Shown in pieces: positions 61,783 through 64,000 of a stretch of DNA of 64,000 nt. The DNA is from Ostrea edulis (Eukaryota). Both the position numbers and the translations under genes were made by a program. The notes beneath the pieces were generated by a model, which was given only the letters and a program-made list of their open reading frames with translations, did not search any database and was not told the origin of the DNA. The stretch is from assembly GCF_947568905.1 (NCBI RefSeq), contig NC_079165.1, positions 23,808,001 through 23,872,000 of the forward strand. The letters run 5' to 3'. Within the stretch, counting starts at the first letter, position 1. Each line of letters opens with the position of its first letter.

Positions 61783-63846
61783 ATCTGAATACTGATACTT
61801 GGACACATGTTTCTCTTAACATATAATGAAGATCGTTATATGTTATGTAATGTATCACGTTTCTCTTATGTTTCTCATTATATGTTAAGAGTACATTATA
61901 CATGTATTAGTTTTTTCACAATTTGAATTACACATTTCTTTTTAAAGTGATTCCACTCTCCTGTTACGTCATAGGTTTTTACAAAATCTTTATTTCATTA
62001 AATTAATGTGTACATGATAGAAATATATATTAAGGAGCAATTTTATTCACTGGGTATTCATAAAAAAAACCTCGCAAACAATTTGATATGAAAACGATTT
62101 ATATTTTCTATGAATAATCAATTATCTATATTACAAAATTGTTGTCAAGGACAAAAACTGTTATGCTGGTATTTCTCTATTGTGTGTTTATTATACAATG
62201 ATTTCCTTCATATCTACAATTAATTCATATACATGTATATTTATAAGGCAGCCGTTTTTAGAAACGGTTGAAATAAAATTTTGTCATTTTAAACAATTTT
62301 TATGTATTGTTATCATGCTATTTTATGGAAATGTGTGACTTTCTGATGTTAATTTAAACTTTTGTTTTTGTGTTTCTGACTTCTTTAAAAATCTGCCAAA
62401 TATATATTTTCTTCTGTTATTGCTTAAATTAACCTATGTCAAATGGGAATCAATTATCCTTTTTACTTTGAACGTTGAATTTTGATAAGTCTCATGATGG
62501 TAGAACTACCTTAAGAGATCTTAATATATAGCAATTCCACGTTTAAGATTTCCTATTGACGAACCATGCATGTTGTATCGTATATTTTGTCGAGGTTTAT
62601 TAACAAAAAGATCAACTGTACAAAACGTATTATCAATTTTTGTAAAATATATATAGATAATTTTTACATAGGGCACATTCTTATCAAGAAAGTTAATTTA
62701 ACATTCTTGTAACTGGGGTCTGATACCCTATATTTGAAACTATGTGGAGACAAAATGATAGGATAGATTTCTTTTATAACATGCACAATAAGAGGCTTGG
62801 TTCTTTAGAACAAAATATTAAAGTTTCAAAGAGTTTGAACTTGAGAAAATATTTACGTATCTGTTTGTGTGATACTACTTGTACCTTAAATGAGGGAAAA
62901 TATGTAAGATATTTTACAAGATGGGCGTAACGTGACTTCAGAATACTAAATAAAACATGCGTTCTAATTCCTTGTATCAAGTATGAATAGCAATGTTTTC
63001 TCTATCACATCTATCGCAGGTTTTTCTTTTAAAATTGGTGACCTTGGCATTTGCTGAAGGACGTTGACTTAAGGTTACCACACATTTTGATTTCATGATT
63101 ACTCTGCGTACCAAATATATGCCTCTTGTATATTTATAACAAAGCTATAGTTAAGAAGAGGATTTAAGATTACTGGTGGTCTTCACCAAAAGTTTACTAG
63201 TGACTTTCAGTTAGATTTAATGCCATTTCATATCACTTGGCCATAAACGTTCGGTGAACCAAATTTTTCAAAACTTCGATAGTCTCTTCTTCACACGATT
63301 GATGACGTAGACAGGAAGTTCTATAATTTTTATCAGTGACCTTGTCTTTGGTAACATAATCTGATTAAAATCAGATTAATTGATTTATGTATAATGAAAA
63401 ATGTAAATGAGCATTAAAGCCTCATTAAATTCAAAATATTTAACGTGACATTAAGTTCTGTTGTATCATTGTTTTAATGTACGATTCCGCACATTAAATT
63501 CATCAACTTTAATGTTCGTTTGGGGGGTACATTAAGTGGTCATTAAATATGACGGTTAACATAGCGGTTGGAAAGTTGGGCAGGTGATGAAACGATGGAG
63601 TCTTCCGCGAGCGAATTTTACTCCAAAATGAGACTGACGAGGAAATTCGAATGATATAAAAACACGATAGTACCCTTTCCGCAAAGCGTCAATCGGCAAA
63701 ACTGTGGATGACTATCAAATGGGTCACACGCACTGTCCAGAGAACAACAGCTAAATACAATGTATAATACTCCAAACAAAAGATATGAAAACATGTAGGC
63801 CTACATGTATGTATACTAATCGATTTCTGTATACATAGTCGAGGAG

Positions 63847-63854
63847 TGACGTCA
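63847..63854. promoter_or_regulatory. Perfect CRE palindrome in a CpG-rich patch at the window end
   Basis: TGACGTCA; no linked gene visible. Confidence 0.3.
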
Positions 63855-64000
63855 TTTCGTGTGTCATAATACGTACGACGAGGCGGATCTAACAACAATG
63901 AACAAGAGGGCGACTTTTGTTATATGTGTGGTAAATGCACACATCAATTCAAATTAAAGATATACATCTATAGCACACACAAAAGCAAATGGATCGCACA

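Noticed and set aside
63630-63665. CTGACGA-ggaaattc-GAAT hammerhead-like string
   Set aside because: GAAT instead of GAAA and no stems I/III. Other isolated CTGANGA hits (about 698, 828, 16242, 20931, 24446) also lack downstream cores.

Overview
AT-rich, intron-rich animal DNA. The repeat families point to a bivalve mollusc, most likely an oyster (inference). I reconstructed four protein-coding loci by hand from splice sites. (1) The last exon of cytoplasmic arginyl-tRNA synthetase RARS1 (+, 3440-3549). (2) A complete 6-coding-exon AKAP17A/SFRS17A gene (-, 11701-19172). (3) A single-coding-exon zinc-finger gene with a C2HC+C2H2 pair (-, 31329-32513). (4) A complete 7-coding-exon tetraspanin with an 8-Cys large loop (-, 52614-59681). 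The rest is tandem arrays and mobile DNA: many dead fragments of one Penelope-like retroelement family (40.7-61.8 kb only), tRNA-derived SINEs, TRIM-like elements whose LTRs contain tRNA-like sequence, Kolobok-, hAT-, Tc1/pogo-, MULE- and Harbinger-type TIR elements, and Helentron-like relics. The most notable signal is a 350-nt tandem repeat in a tetraspanin intron. It carries two minimal type I hammerhead ribozymes on the gene's sense strand, which is the architecture of a non-LTR retrozyme that could release a 350-nt circular RNA. No rRNA, true tRNA or CRISPR was found. Family assignments come from recalled motif knowledge, not database searches.
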